Shown here one piece after another: positions 20,905 to 30,429 of a DNA stretch of 64,000 nucleotides. A model generated the notes under the pieces. It was given only the letters and a program-made list of their open reading frames with translations. It was not told the DNA's origin and made no database searches. The stretch covers positions 25,120 through 89,119 of the forward strand of contig JBEKWN010000001.1 of assembly GCA_049513055.1 (NCBI GenBank), given 5' to 3'. The position numbers and the translations under genes were made by a program. Source of the stretch: Thermodesulfobacteriota bacterium (GTDB lineage Bacteria > Desulfobacterota > BSN033 > UBA1163). Each line of letters opens with the position of its first letter. Position 1 is the stretch's first letter.

Positions 20905-22228
20905 TTTCTACTGGAATCCGATTGTGGAGACTCTCCCATTGGAAAGATTGAGAGAACTTCAGGCCAGAAAATTTAAAAAAATTCTGGAGTGGGCTTACGA
21001 GAGATCAAAGTTTCATCGAAAGCTTTATCAGGAGGCAGGGCTTGAACCGGGTGATATCAAATCCTATGAAGATATAGCCAAAGTGCCTAAGGTGGAAAAG
21101 TCAATGATGAGAGATATCCAGAGAAAGGATCCCTTCCCTTATGGAGATGCTCTCTGTGTTCCTTTGGAAGAGGTCACGGAATTTCGGCAGACCAGTGGAA
21201 CAACCGGAACTCCAGTCTATCAACCTGATACCTGGCAGGACTGGGAATGGTGGTCTGAATCCTGGGCTTACCTCCTCTATGCACAAGGTTATCGAAAAAC
21301 GGACCGAGTATTCCTTCCCTTCGGATATAATATTTTTGTCGCCTTCTGGGCAGGTCATTATGCGGCTGAAAAGATCGGTTGTGAAGTCGTCCCAGGCGGA
21401 GTCCTCGATACAGAGGCTCGTATTCTTAAAATCCAGGAACTTCGGGCCACCGCCATGATGGCCACCCCGACTTATGTATTAGGAATGGCCGATACCGCTA
21501 AGAAGAAGCTGGGCATTGATCCAGCTCGAGATCTCACCATCAGAAAGATCACCTGCGCAGGCGAGCCAGGTGCAAGCATTCCATCTACCAAGCAGAGAAT
21601 GGAAGAGGCCTGGGGGGCGAAGGTCTATGATCATGTGGGGGCTACAGAGATCGGGGCTTGGGGCTTTGAATGCACGGCCCAACCCGGCGGCCTTCATGTC
21701 AACGAAGCCCTCTTTCTCACTCAGTTAGAGGATATTGAAACAGGAGAGATGATTGAAGAACCGGGGCGAAAGGGGAAGATTGTCATTACCGCCCTTGACC
21801 GGATCGCCCAGCCCTGCATTCGATTCGACTCCAAGGATGTGGCAGAATGGTCGAAAGAACCCTGTCCCTGTGGAAGAACATTCCGCATCATTCAGGGAGG
21901 GGTCGTTGGAAGGGCAGATGACATTACAAAAATCAAAGGTGTTTTGCTCGCTCCTTCAGCCATTGAAGAAGTGGTTCGCTCTATTAAATGGCTGAGTAAT
22001 GAATTTGAGGCGGTGGTCACGAAGAAAGGAGATCTTGACGACATCACACTCAAGATCGAAATTTTACCAGGAGAGGAAAAAAATCGTGAGGCCATCCTCA
22101 CCCAACTGAAGGATCAACTACGATTAAAAACGAACCTGGGTTACAACATCGAAGTTCATCCATTCAATTCCTTGCCTCGTTACGAGGTGAAGGCCAAACG
22201 ATTTAAAGATCTGCGGAAACATGGATAG
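20879..22228 (+). CDS. Phenylacetate-CoA ligase (PaaK)/coenzyme F390 synthetase family adenylate-forming enzyme
   Basis: N-terminal PaaK-type region (YWNPIVETLPLERLRELQ...), AMP-binding core TSGTTGTP; start taken at ATG 20879 rather than upstream ORF-track start. Confidence 0.75.
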   Translation: MKTLKKRPDFYWNPIVETLPLERLRELQARKFKKILEWAYERSKFHRKLYQEAGLEPGDIKSYEDIAKVPKVEKSMMRDIQRKDPFPYGDALCVPLEEVTEFRQTSGTTGTPVYQPDTWQDWEWWSESWAYLLYAQGYRKTDRVFLPFGYNIFVAFWAGHYAAEKIGCEVVPGGVLDTEARILKIQELRATAMMATPTYVLGMADTAKKKLGIDPARDLTIRKITCAGEPGASIPSTKQRMEEAWGAKVYDHVGATEIGAWGFECTAQPGGLHVNEALFLTQLEDIETGEMIEEPGRKGKIVITALDRIAQPCIRFDSKDVAEWSKEPCPCGRTFRIIQGGVVGRADDITKIKGVLLAPSAIEEVVRSIKWLSNEFEAVVTKKGDLDDITLKIEILPGEEKNREAILTQLKDQLRLKTNLGYNIEVHPFNSLPRYEVKAKRFKDLRKHG

Positions 22229-22242
22229 GACATGGGGGAATT

Positions 22243-22422
22243 ATGAACCGAAGAGAAATAAGGAAAATCGATACACGAATCAAAGTGATCAAGAAAGCGG
22301 CTCAAGAACTAAAAGAACTCTCGGCCGGGATACCAGCCATCGACCGGAACACAGTACGAATCCTTGCATCGGTGAAGATGCTGGAGATTAACATCAGTGA
22401 TGTGAAAGATCTAGTCTAAAAG
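22243..22422 (+). CDS. Small hypothetical protein (59 aa)
   Basis: Uninterrupted ORF MNRREIRKIDTRIKVIKKAAQELKELSAGIPAIDRNTVRILASVKMLEINISDVKDLV below ORF-track cutoff. Confidence 0.3.
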
Positions 22423-22483
22423 TGGGTGTCGATCTTTTAAAGGATCGATCTCAAGAAAATCCTTCCCAAAATTTGAACCCCTT

Positions 22484-23458
22484 TTAATAAGTACGTGTCA
22501 CAGTCTTCTTGGAAGTCACAAACCTCCGTACCCTCGCCGCCATCTCTACCAATCCTCCGGGCAGAAGCAAAACCACCAAAATGAAGAGGACTCCGAAGAT
22601 GAAGACATGGAGCTGTGGGAAGGTTCGTACAAACAACTCTTTAAAGATTGCATAAAAGAAGGCCCCAATAATTGGACCCACAATGGTGCCGACTCCTCCC
22701 ACAAAGGTGATGAGAAGGGAATCAAAGGTCCAGATCGGACTAAAGGGGAGGTCATGATAATAACTGACATGGTAAAAGGCGAACGCCCCTCCTGCTAACC
22801 CAGCGAAGAAGGAGCTGATGAACAAGGCAATGATTTTCTGCCTGAAGGTATTCACCCCCGAAGCCTTGGCGGCTTCTTCATCCTCCCGTACAGCCACCAT
22901 GCCTAATCCCAACTTAGAATGACTGATCCAATAGACAACGGCGACAGTGATGGCAGCCAAGATCAAAAAGAGATAATAACGGGGGATCAGGTTGTATGTG
23001 GTGATGTAATCCCCGGGTAGATCCGCTACTGTGGGAAGGACATTGCCAATCGTGATCTTTAATATTTGCCCCAGACCAAGAGTGCCGATGGCGAAATAAA
23101 TTCCTTTTAAGCGGAGAGCAGGATGACCGATGATCAGAGCAAACACCACAGCCACGACCCCTCCGGTTAGAAAGGCCAAAAAGAACGGAGTCCCCTTCAC
23201 CCATAAAACCCGTGTGGTGATTGCTCCTAACCCAAAGAAGGCAGCGTGTCCCAAACTCACCTGTCCTGCATAGCCAGCCAGGATATTCCAACTCTGGGCT
23301 AAGCAAATATATAAGAAGATAAGGATCATTAAATTGATAAGATCATTTCTTTTTGTCAGCAATGGGACGAGGGCGAGAAAGATGGCAATCCCTAAACTTA
23401 AGAAAAGGGTCTTCCGATGGCTGGGCAATGGATCCTCCTTAACCAATGCTTTTACCAA
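22484..23458 (-). CDS. livM: Branched-chain amino acid-type ABC transporter permease (LivM-like)
   Basis: Multi-TM permease, Liv family layout with neighbouring LivH/F/G. Confidence 0.8.
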   Translation of the reverse strand: MVKALVKEDPLPSHRKTLFLSLGIAIFLALVPLLTKRNDLINLMILIFLYICLAQSWNILAGYAGQVSLGHAAFFGLGAITTRVLWVKGTPFFLAFLTGGVVAVVFALIIGHPALRLKGIYFAIGTLGLGQILKITIGNVLPTVADLPGDYITTYNLIPRYYLFLILAAITVAVVYWISHSKLGLGMVAVREDEEAAKASGVNTFRQKIIALFISSFFAGLAGGAFAFYHVSYYHDLPFSPIWTFDSLLITFVGGVGTIVGPIIGAFFYAIFKELFVRTFPQLHVFIFGVLFILVVLLLPGGLVEMAARVRRFVTSKKTVTRTY

Positions 23459-24320
23459 ACAATCCCTGAGGTCTGAACTCTAACACTAAGAGAAAGATTA
23501 CCAGGCCGACGACTTCCATGTAGGGACCGACAAACAATGTACTGACCGACTCAACTGCTCCTAATAGCACCCCGGCCACAAAAGCCCCTCCAATGTTCCC
23601 CAATCCGGCTAACACCACAACGATGAGGGCCTTCAGCGTCCATTCCAGACCCATGGCTGGATGAATGGCATAACCGACGCTCACGATAGTACCAGCCATC
23701 GCCGCCAACGTGGCCCCTAAGGCAAAAGAGATCATAGAGGTCTTCTCGATATTGATCCCCATCAAAGCAGCAGACTCCCAATTCTCCGTGGTCGCCCGGA
23801 TGGCCTTACCGAAATAGGTCTTGGTGAGAAACTGTTGAAGGGCAAGAATGACAATGGTGGCCAGGACCAATCCCGAAAAACGGATAAAGGGAAAACGAAG
23901 TCCTAATAAACTGAACCCCCATCCTGAATAGATGACACTCACACTCCTCTCATCAGCAGTCCAGAGCCGGATGGCAAGATTTTGGAAGACCAGGGAGAGG
24001 CCGAAACCAATGAGCAAAGAATTTTTTATCTTCACCTCTTCATGAAGTTTGGCCAGTGGAGAAAAGAGCCCTTTGTAAAGACCCATTCCTATCAGGAAGA
24101 GAACAAACGCTGACGGAAGTAAGGAGAGAAAAGGATCAATATGATAGAGGGAGAAGAACCAGAAGGTCACATATCCTCCCAGCATCAGCAACTCCCCATG
24201 GGCGACATTCAACATCTTCATCACCCCGAAGACGAGGGAAAGCCCTACAGCTGCCAGCCCATAAAGGCCCCCGACAAAGATGCCGAAAATTAAACTCTGG
24301 GCGAGCACTTGCCAATTCAT
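23439..24320 (-). CDS. livH: Branched-chain amino acid-type ABC transporter permease (LivH-like)
   Basis: ~290 aa, 8-10 TM, operon context. Confidence 0.8.
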   Translation of the reverse strand: MNWQVLAQSLIFGIFVGGLYGLAAVGLSLVFGVMKMLNVAHGELLMLGGYVTFWFFSLYHIDPFLSLLPSAFVLFLIGMGLYKGLFSPLAKLHEEVKIKNSLLIGFGLSLVFQNLAIRLWTADERSVSVIYSGWGFSLLGLRFPFIRFSGLVLATIVILALQQFLTKTYFGKAIRATTENWESAALMGINIEKTSMISFALGATLAAMAGTIVSVGYAIHPAMGLEWTLKALIVVVLAGLGNIGGAFVAGVLLGAVESVSTLFVGPYMEVVGLVIFLLVLEFRPQGLFGKSIG

Positions 24321-24333
24321 GGTTTATGATCCC

Positions 24334-25047
24334 TTAGACCGATTCCGTACCAAGATAAGCCTCTCGGATATGTTGATCGTTAAGCATGTTCCGGCTATCA
24401 CCCTGCTTTACAATTCGTCCGTTCTCGACGACATAAGCACGATTGGCCAATTCCAAGGCCATTCGAACGTTTTGTTCGATCAGAAGAATGGTCACCCCAG
24501 AATGGTTAATCTGCCCGATCACCTCATAAATCACCTTCGACAAAAGAGGGGAGAGCCCCCAAGAGGGTTCGTCAAAGAGGAGAAGTCTCGGTTTGGACAT
24601 CATTCCTCTTCCAATGGCCAGCATCTGTTGCTCCCCTCCACTTAGAGTTCCGGCTGCCTGTTTCTTTCTATTCTTTAAGATAGGAAATAGCTTATAAACC
24701 TGTTCAATAGTTTCTTCCCTACAACTACGGCCTTTGGCTGTAAAGGCTCCCAATTCTAAATTCTCTAAGGTGCTCATTCCGGGAAAGAGTCCCCTTCCCT
24801 CCGGAACCAGGCTGATTCCCATTTCCACCCTTTTATGGATGGGCACCTTTCCCATCGCCAGGCCTTCAAACCTAATCTCTCCGGCAAAAGACCTTAACAG
24901 CCCAGTGATGGTCTTGAGGGTCGTCGTCTTTCCAGCGCCATTGGGGCCTATGAGCGCCACAATCTCTTTCTCTCCGACCTTAAAGGAGATATCCCAGAGT
25001 GCCTGAAGGTCTCCATAGGAGACATTTACCTTTTCTATTTCCAACAT
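24334..25047 (-). CDS. livF: ABC transporter ATP-binding protein (LivF-like)
   Basis: Walker A GPNGAGKTT, signature LSGGEQQ. Confidence 0.9.
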   Translation of the reverse strand: MLEIEKVNVSYGDLQALWDISFKVGEKEIVALIGPNGAGKTTTLKTITGLLRSFAGEIRFEGLAMGKVPIHKRVEMGISLVPEGRGLFPGMSTLENLELGAFTAKGRSCREETIEQVYKLFPILKNRKKQAAGTLSGGEQQMLAIGRGMMSKPRLLLFDEPSWGLSPLLSKVIYEVIGQINHSGVTILLIEQNVRMALELANRAYVVENGRIVKQGDSRNMLNDQHIREAYLGTESV

Positions 25048-25051
25048 AGGA

Positions 25052-25771
25052 TTACTTTCCTAAGTATGCCTCGATGACTTGCTGATTCTTTACCACTTCT
25101 TTTGGAGGACCTTCAGCGATCTTCATTCCCACATTGAGTACCATGACTCGGTCAGAGATTCCTAAAACCGCCTTCATGATATGTTCAACCATAATTACCG
25201 TGATTCCTGAGCCCTTTATCTTTCTTACTAATTCCATCGCAATCTCTGTTTCAGCCGAATTCAAACCAGCCATCAGTTCATCCAACAAGAGCAATTGGGG
25301 ATGTGCGGCTAAAGCCCTCGCCAATTCCAATCTCTTACGCTCAGCCATCGTAAGTTGAGAGGCAAGGACCTCACTCTTATTCCCCAAGCCAACAAAGTTG
25401 AGAATTTCAACCACTTCTTCTTTCGCTTTTCTGATATTGGACGCAGGATCTTTTCCGTAGGCACGGCCCACCATAACATTTTGAAGGGTAGTTAATTGGT
25501 GAAAGGGCTTGACCAGTTGAAAGATACGGGCGATTCCTTGTCTACAAACTTGATGGGGAGGAAGGCCTGTGATATCCTTCTCCATAAAAGTCACTTTCCC
25601 TTTATTGGCTTTCAGGAAACCGGTGATGACATTAAAGAGAGTGGTTTTGCCCGACCCGTTGGGGCCGATGACACCAAATATCTCCCCCTGATGAATCTCA
25701 AAATTCACTTCACAGAGGGCCATCAATCCCCCGAAGGATTTAACTATTTTCTCTACCTGTAAAAGGGACAT
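25052..25771 (-). CDS. livG: ABC transporter ATP-binding protein (LivG-like)
   Basis: Walker A GPNGSGKTT, ABC signature, LivG-type insert. Confidence 0.9.
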   Translation of the reverse strand: MSLLQVEKIVKSFGGLMALCEVNFEIHQGEIFGVIGPNGSGKTTLFNVITGFLKANKGKVTFMEKDITGLPPHQVCRQGIARIFQLVKPFHQLTTLQNVMVGRAYGKDPASNIRKAKEEVVEILNFVGLGNKSEVLASQLTMAERKRLELARALAAHPQLLLLDELMAGLNSAETEIAMELVRKIKGSGITVIMVEHIMKAVLGISDRVMVLNVGMKIAEGPPKEVVKNQQVIEAYLGK

Positions 25772-25895
25772 CTTGGACTGCTTTTCCTTAGATTAAGGAT
25801 GAGTGAGAAAAATATTTTTTATTAACATTGAAGCTCCCCGCCTAAAGAGGGGAGCTTCAATGAAAGATGATCCACTTATCAGTTTCTAATGAGTA

Positions 25896-27119
25896 TTACC
25901 TTTCCGACCATTTAGGCATGGGATAAACTAATGGGGCGGTAACATACTCTTTCGGGAATACGACTTCTTGCTTCCCCTTTTGCCACTGGACGCCGAAGAA
26001 GACAACTACTCCTGTTCCATCGGGTCGAAACTTAAGAGGACCTATAACGGTCATCATATTCACAGCAGCAATGGCGTCGCGAATCTTTTCTCGGTCTAAA
26101 GTGCCTGCCCTTTCAATCGCATTGGCCAACGCCTGGACACAGGCATAGGCCGGACCTGTTATCACATCGGCTGGCCGATTGAACTTCTTCATATGGCTTT
26201 CATTCAGTTCTTTGACTCCTGGTAATTTAAGCCCATAACACCAGCCCGGACCTAAAACAACATAATCGCCGTCTTTTCCCAATGCATTTCCCCACGCCAT
26301 GGGATCAGGTGCTCGGTAGGCAAAATAGAATTTGGGATTGTAATCGAGTTCCTTCAACTGTTTTGTCATGGTAATCCCCTCAGGAGTAGTGGGACCGGTT
26401 AACAGTATCTCTGCCCCGGCTGCCTTGGCTTCCATGATAAGGGGTGAAAAGTCCTTCATCTCTCGAGGTTGGTCTCTATAAAGGGGTTCTCCATAACCAC
26501 GTTTGACAGCTTGCTCCTTCCACATATCACCCAATTCCATTCCAACAGGTGCCTTTTCCATGAAGATGGCTACCTTTTTAGGTCTCTGTGCGGCGGGGAT
26601 GGAATCCAAGATATCAAAGACTGCCTTAGCACAGTCGGGTGATTTGGGGAAGGGAGAAAAGTTGTATTTATATCCCTTCTGGTGGATGCTGTAAAGATAA
26701 CTGGCCACCATAAAAAGCGGAACTTTATTTTTTTCTGCAATGGGAGCCTGAGCCGCGTGCATAGGGCTTGAAAACCCTCCCAAGTAGGCCACCACATCGT
26801 GGGTCGTATAGAGGGCCTCCATTCTGCTCACAGTCAGAGTAAAATTCGATTCATCATCCAAGAGAATAAGTTCTAAAGGAATTTTTTTATTGAATTCTTT
26901 AACAAAGACACCACCCTTTGCATTAATATGTTCTATGGCGATCTCATATCCGGCTTTGCACATGGCTCCTCCCGAACCAAACGGACCTGTCAGGGAACAC
27001 GAAGAGCCAACTTTAATGGTTTTAGGAGCCTCTTTAGCAGGGGCAGCAAAACCCCAGGAAGACAGTCCCGCCACTGTAAATACGCCTACCAGTAAGATCA
27101 CAAACAACTTTTTTTCCAT
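25896..27119 (-). CDS. ABC transporter periplasmic substrate-binding protein, Leu/Ile/Val-binding family (type I PBP); substrate likely an organic acid or aromatic acid
   Basis: Signal peptide, ~400 aa, LivK-family size and position at head of the transporter operon. Confidence 0.8.
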   Translation of the reverse strand: MEKKLFVILLVGVFTVAGLSSWGFAAPAKEAPKTIKVGSSCSLTGPFGSGGAMCKAGYEIAIEHINAKGGVFVKEFNKKIPLELILLDDESNFTLTVSRMEALYTTHDVVAYLGGFSSPMHAAQAPIAEKNKVPLFMVASYLYSIHQKGYKYNFSPFPKSPDCAKAVFDILDSIPAAQRPKKVAIFMEKAPVGMELGDMWKEQAVKRGYGEPLYRDQPREMKDFSPLIMEAKAAGAEILLTGPTTPEGITMTKQLKELDYNPKFYFAYRAPDPMAWGNALGKDGDYVVLGPGWCYGLKLPGVKELNESHMKKFNRPADVITGPAYACVQALANAIERAGTLDREKIRDAIAAVNMMTVIGPLKFRPDGTGVVVFFGVQWQKGKQEVVFPKEYVTAPLVYPMPKWSER

Positions 27120-27397
27120 CGTCGCTCCTCCCTTCTTGTGGTTTTAGAGTATAAGAAAAAAATGATCTTCTTGCCTACCCTATATGGGAAAATACCTCGC
27201 CTCCTTTCCAGCTATGTGTCTGGTTAGACATCATATATTTCCAGATAAATTTTGTCAAACAATTCATAAAAAATCTGTAAATGAAACCCTATTTGAATGG
27301 AGTTAATATCGAAGTGGAGTGGGGATATTGCATGGAACAACTGAGCGATCGTTGTTTTAGATGTCTGCAGTTTAAAAATGAGAGGGATCCAATGGTA

Positions 27398-28603
27398 TTA
27401 AAGTCTTATTCCTCTCGGAACCACGACAATCCCTGAGGCGGTCACCGTGAATCGCTTCGCATCCTCATCCAGATTGTAACCAATCTCCATCCCTGGAGGG
27501 ATCTGAACCTCTTTGTCGATGATCGTCTTCCGGATCTTCGCATTCCTTCCAACATCCACCCCTTCCAGGAGGATAGAATCCTCGATCTCCGCAAAGCTAT
27601 GAACCGTTACATTGGGGGAGAGGATCGATCGCTTGACGTTTCCACCGCTGATAATGCTACCATTTGAAATGATCGAATTGAGAGCTGTCCCCACTCTCCC
27701 CGCTTCGATCCAGACAGTTTTCGCAGGTGGTGAGGTGGGTTGATAGGTCAGGATGGGCCATTGGGGATCGTAGAGATTGAGTTGAGGGGTGACAGAGATC
27801 AAGTCCATGTTCGCCTCATAGTAGGCATCGATCGTTCCCACATCCCTCCAATATCCCGTGCCTCCGCAATCTCCTTGTTTGAAATCGAATGCGAAAATTT
27901 GATCTTTTCCAATCATCATTGGAATGATATCTTTGCCAAAATCGTGGCTCGAGTCAGATCGAGCATCCTCAATCAATCGTCTCACCAACACCTCAGTATT
28001 GAAGACATAGATTCCCATGGAGGCCAGAATTCCTCCAGGGTCTCCAGGAATGGTCTTGGGGTCTTCGGGTTTCTCTTGAAAACCAATCATTCGCCAATCT
28101 CTGTCCACCTCGATTACGCCAAATTCTCTGGAAAGCTTTCGATCCATCCGAATTGCAGCGACCGTCAGATCCGCCCCTCTCTCCAAGTGGAAGGCAATCA
28201 TCTTCCGATAGTCCATTGTATAGATGTGGTCGCCAGAGAGGATTAAGACCAAGTCAGGCCTTTCCACTTGTAAGGTATAAATGTTTTGAAAAATCGCATT
28301 TGCGGTCCCTTGATACCAATGCTCATCAATTCTCTGCTGGGCCGGAACAGCCTCGATGAACTCTCCCAAAGGGGATGAAAGGATGTTCCAACCCAATTGG
28401 ATGTGACGGTGGAGGGAGTTCGATTTATATTGGGTGAGGGCATAGATGCGGCGGATGCCAGAATTGAGGCAGTTGGAGAGGGTGAAGTCAATGATCCGAT
28501 AAATGGCACCGAAAGGCACAGCAGGTTTGGCTCGATCCCGAGTCAGGGGATAGAGCCTTTCCCCTCGGCCCCCTGCTAAGATCATGGCCAGAACTTTCTT
28601 CAC
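27398..28603 (-). CDS. glgC: Glucose-1-phosphate adenylyltransferase
   Basis: MILAGGRGERLYPLTRDRAKPAVPFG N-terminal nucleotidyltransferase motif and C-terminal left-handed beta-helix region. Confidence 0.85.
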   Translation of the reverse strand: MKKVLAMILAGGRGERLYPLTRDRAKPAVPFGAIYRIIDFTLSNCLNSGIRRIYALTQYKSNSLHRHIQLGWNILSSPLGEFIEAVPAQQRIDEHWYQGTANAIFQNIYTLQVERPDLVLILSGDHIYTMDYRKMIAFHLERGADLTVAAIRMDRKLSREFGVIEVDRDWRMIGFQEKPEDPKTIPGDPGGILASMGIYVFNTEVLVRRLIEDARSDSSHDFGKDIIPMMIGKDQIFAFDFKQGDCGGTGYWRDVGTIDAYYEANMDLISVTPQLNLYDPQWPILTYQPTSPPAKTVWIEAGRVGTALNSIISNGSIISGGNVKRSILSPNVTVHSFAEIEDSILLEGVDVGRNAKIRKTIIDKEVQIPPGMEIGYNLDEDAKRFTVTASGIVVVPRGIRL

Positions 28604-28968
28604 TGGGCTTTACCCTTTTCTAAAAGTTCTCGGATCTTCTTTTTTAATTCAGTGAGATCGGCGGACTTCGTCACATAGGCATCGGCTGCCCAACTCATAA
28701 AATCCTGCCGATACCCTGAGTAAGAGGTATTAAGGATGATGGGGATCTTCCTCTCCTTGCTGACAATTCGGCCCAAAGCCTCCATCCCATCCATCACGGG
28801 CATGACAATGTCGAGAATGATCAGATCAGGCTTCCCTGTCTCCATCCGTTGAATGGCTTCTCTTCCATTCCCGGCGGTAAGAACCTCATACCCCTCCGAC
28901 TTCAACTCCTCCTCATATAGGAGTCTCAGGCTCTCTTCATCTTCAACGACCAAAATTTTTTTCTTCAT
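28600..28968 (-). CDS. Single-domain response regulator (CheY-like receiver)
   Basis: ILVVEDEE...DLIILDIVMP receiver motifs; 4-bp overlap with glgC. Confidence 0.8.
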   Translation of the reverse strand: MKKKILVVEDEESLRLLYEEELKSEGYEVLTAGNGREAIQRMETGKPDLIILDIVMPVMDGMEALGRIVSKERKIPIILNTSYSGYRQDFMSWAADAYVTKSADLTELKKKIRELLEKGKAQ

Positions 28969-29064
28969 AGGATTATTATTGATAATCTCTTGGGAAAAAA
29001 CAACTTTTTTTTAAATGGGACCTATCTTTTGGTTCTAAACTCTTTACTACGAATTCTTAACTTT

Positions 29065-29301
29065 TTATCTTCTTTCCACCTTCTTTCTTTGTTCAATGGC
29101 CAGTTTACATTCGGCGCAGATGAACCGGGGGAGAGTATGGGGATAGGTGATTCGTTCCTCTCCGAATCCCCAATCAATAATATCCCTCACCAATAACTCT
29201 TCCTTAAACGCATGCCCCAGGCAGAGTCCCATCCCGCAGACGATGCAAATCGCCACGGCATCCTTATCCACTCCCTGCTTTGCACACACATAACACTTCA
29301 T
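29065..29301 (-). CDS. Small Cys-rich protein (DUF2180-like zinc-ribbon?)
   Basis: MKCYVCAKQ...AICIVCGMGLCLGH...CAEC pattern. Confidence 0.35.
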   Translation of the reverse strand: MKCYVCAKQGVDKDAVAICIVCGMGLCLGHAFKEELLVRDIIDWGFGEERITYPHTLPRFICAECKLAIEQRKKVERR

Positions 29302-29436
29302 GGCGGTTCCTCCTGTTTGATGTAAATAAACCTACAGTTAATTTTTACCATGGAAATGGCTAAAAATCAAAAAAGAGAATAAAACATTCAGGAGAGATAA
29401 AGTGACAACGGAGTCTCATTCAATATATGATTGCTT

Positions 29437-30423
29437 CTATTTCATAAGCGAAAATATTTGAATTCGGCTATTGCCCCGATCTGCTATAAAAACCTCTCCC
29501 TTTTCGTTGATGGACATTTGTGATGGAAAATTAAGGAGTCCTTCGTTCCATCCCGCGCTGAGCTGCCGTCCCAGATAAGACCCATCCTGTCCAAGAATAA
29601 CGATGCCACCTCCGTTTTCGTCCACGAGATAAATGATCCCGCGGCTATCTGTGCTGATATTCGTAGGAAAATCTAAATATTCTCTCAGGCTCCTTGTGAG
29701 TGGGGCGAAGCTATTGGAGTCTTTTGCTGCTGAAAAAACCATGGCTTTGACGCAGTCGACCAACAAGACACTGCCTTTCGGATCAACCGCCAGGTCTGAG
29801 AAGAAACCATACTCTTGAGGGAAAGGGATCTGTTTCTGGTATTTCCCTTCCGGGTTGAGGATGAGGACACGGGCCGAGAATATATCGAGGAGGTAGATGT
29901 TATTATTAGCGTCTATCTTAACGCTCCTGGGAATAAAGGCCGATGGGGCGGGCACCCCTTCAGCGTCCACATAGCCCTTTAAGGCTCCTTCGGGCGTTAG
30001 TCTTACAACACGACGTCTTTTCCCGTCAAGGGCGAAGATCTCTCCCTTGGAGTTGAGTTGAACCCTGATGGGATTGGATAGCTGAGGAATCTTGATCTCG
30101 CTCCCGCCTTTTAAGTTCTTCCCTTCCAAGGTATATCGGAGAAGGCGATCGTTTCCAGTGTCTCCAATGACCAGGACAGATTTGTCATTGCAAGCAACCC
30201 CTTCCGGTTGTTTGATCCCTCCACCTCTGTCATCAAAATAGATAGATTGAAGATACTTAAACTTCACCGTCTCAGCACTGAAAGACTTCAATGGGAGAAA
30301 GAAAATGCTGATTAATAAAATAATTAGGCTGGAATAACGGAATAGTGGAATAATGGAATGTTGGGCCCAATATTCCAATCTTCCAATATTCCAACTTTCC
30401 ACTTTTTTGAACGACTTTTGCAT
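29437..30423 (-). CDS. NHL-repeat beta-propeller protein, secreted
   Basis: Repeated NHL-type blades (e.g. DRGNSRIQIFS, GIIYLVDENGGGIVIL); N-terminal hydrophobic signal. Confidence 0.7.
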   Translation of the reverse strand: MQKSFKKVESWNIGRLEYWAQHSIIPLFRYSSLIILLISIFFLPLKSFSAETVKFKYLQSIYFDDRGGGIKQPEGVACNDKSVLVIGDTGNDRLLRYTLEGKNLKGGSEIKIPQLSNPIRVQLNSKGEIFALDGKRRRVVRLTPEGALKGYVDAEGVPAPSAFIPRSVKIDANNNIYLLDIFSARVLILNPEGKYQKQIPFPQEYGFFSDLAVDPKGSVLLVDCVKAMVFSAAKDSNSFAPLTRSLREYLDFPTNISTDSRGIIYLVDENGGGIVILGQDGSYLGRQLSAGWNEGLLNFPSQMSINEKGEVFIADRGNSRIQIFSLMK

Positions 30424-30429
30424 GTTCCT

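Noticed and set aside
28990-29196. 68-aa plus-strand ORF
   Set aside because: It overlaps the Cys-rich minus-strand gene and has low-complexity sequence.
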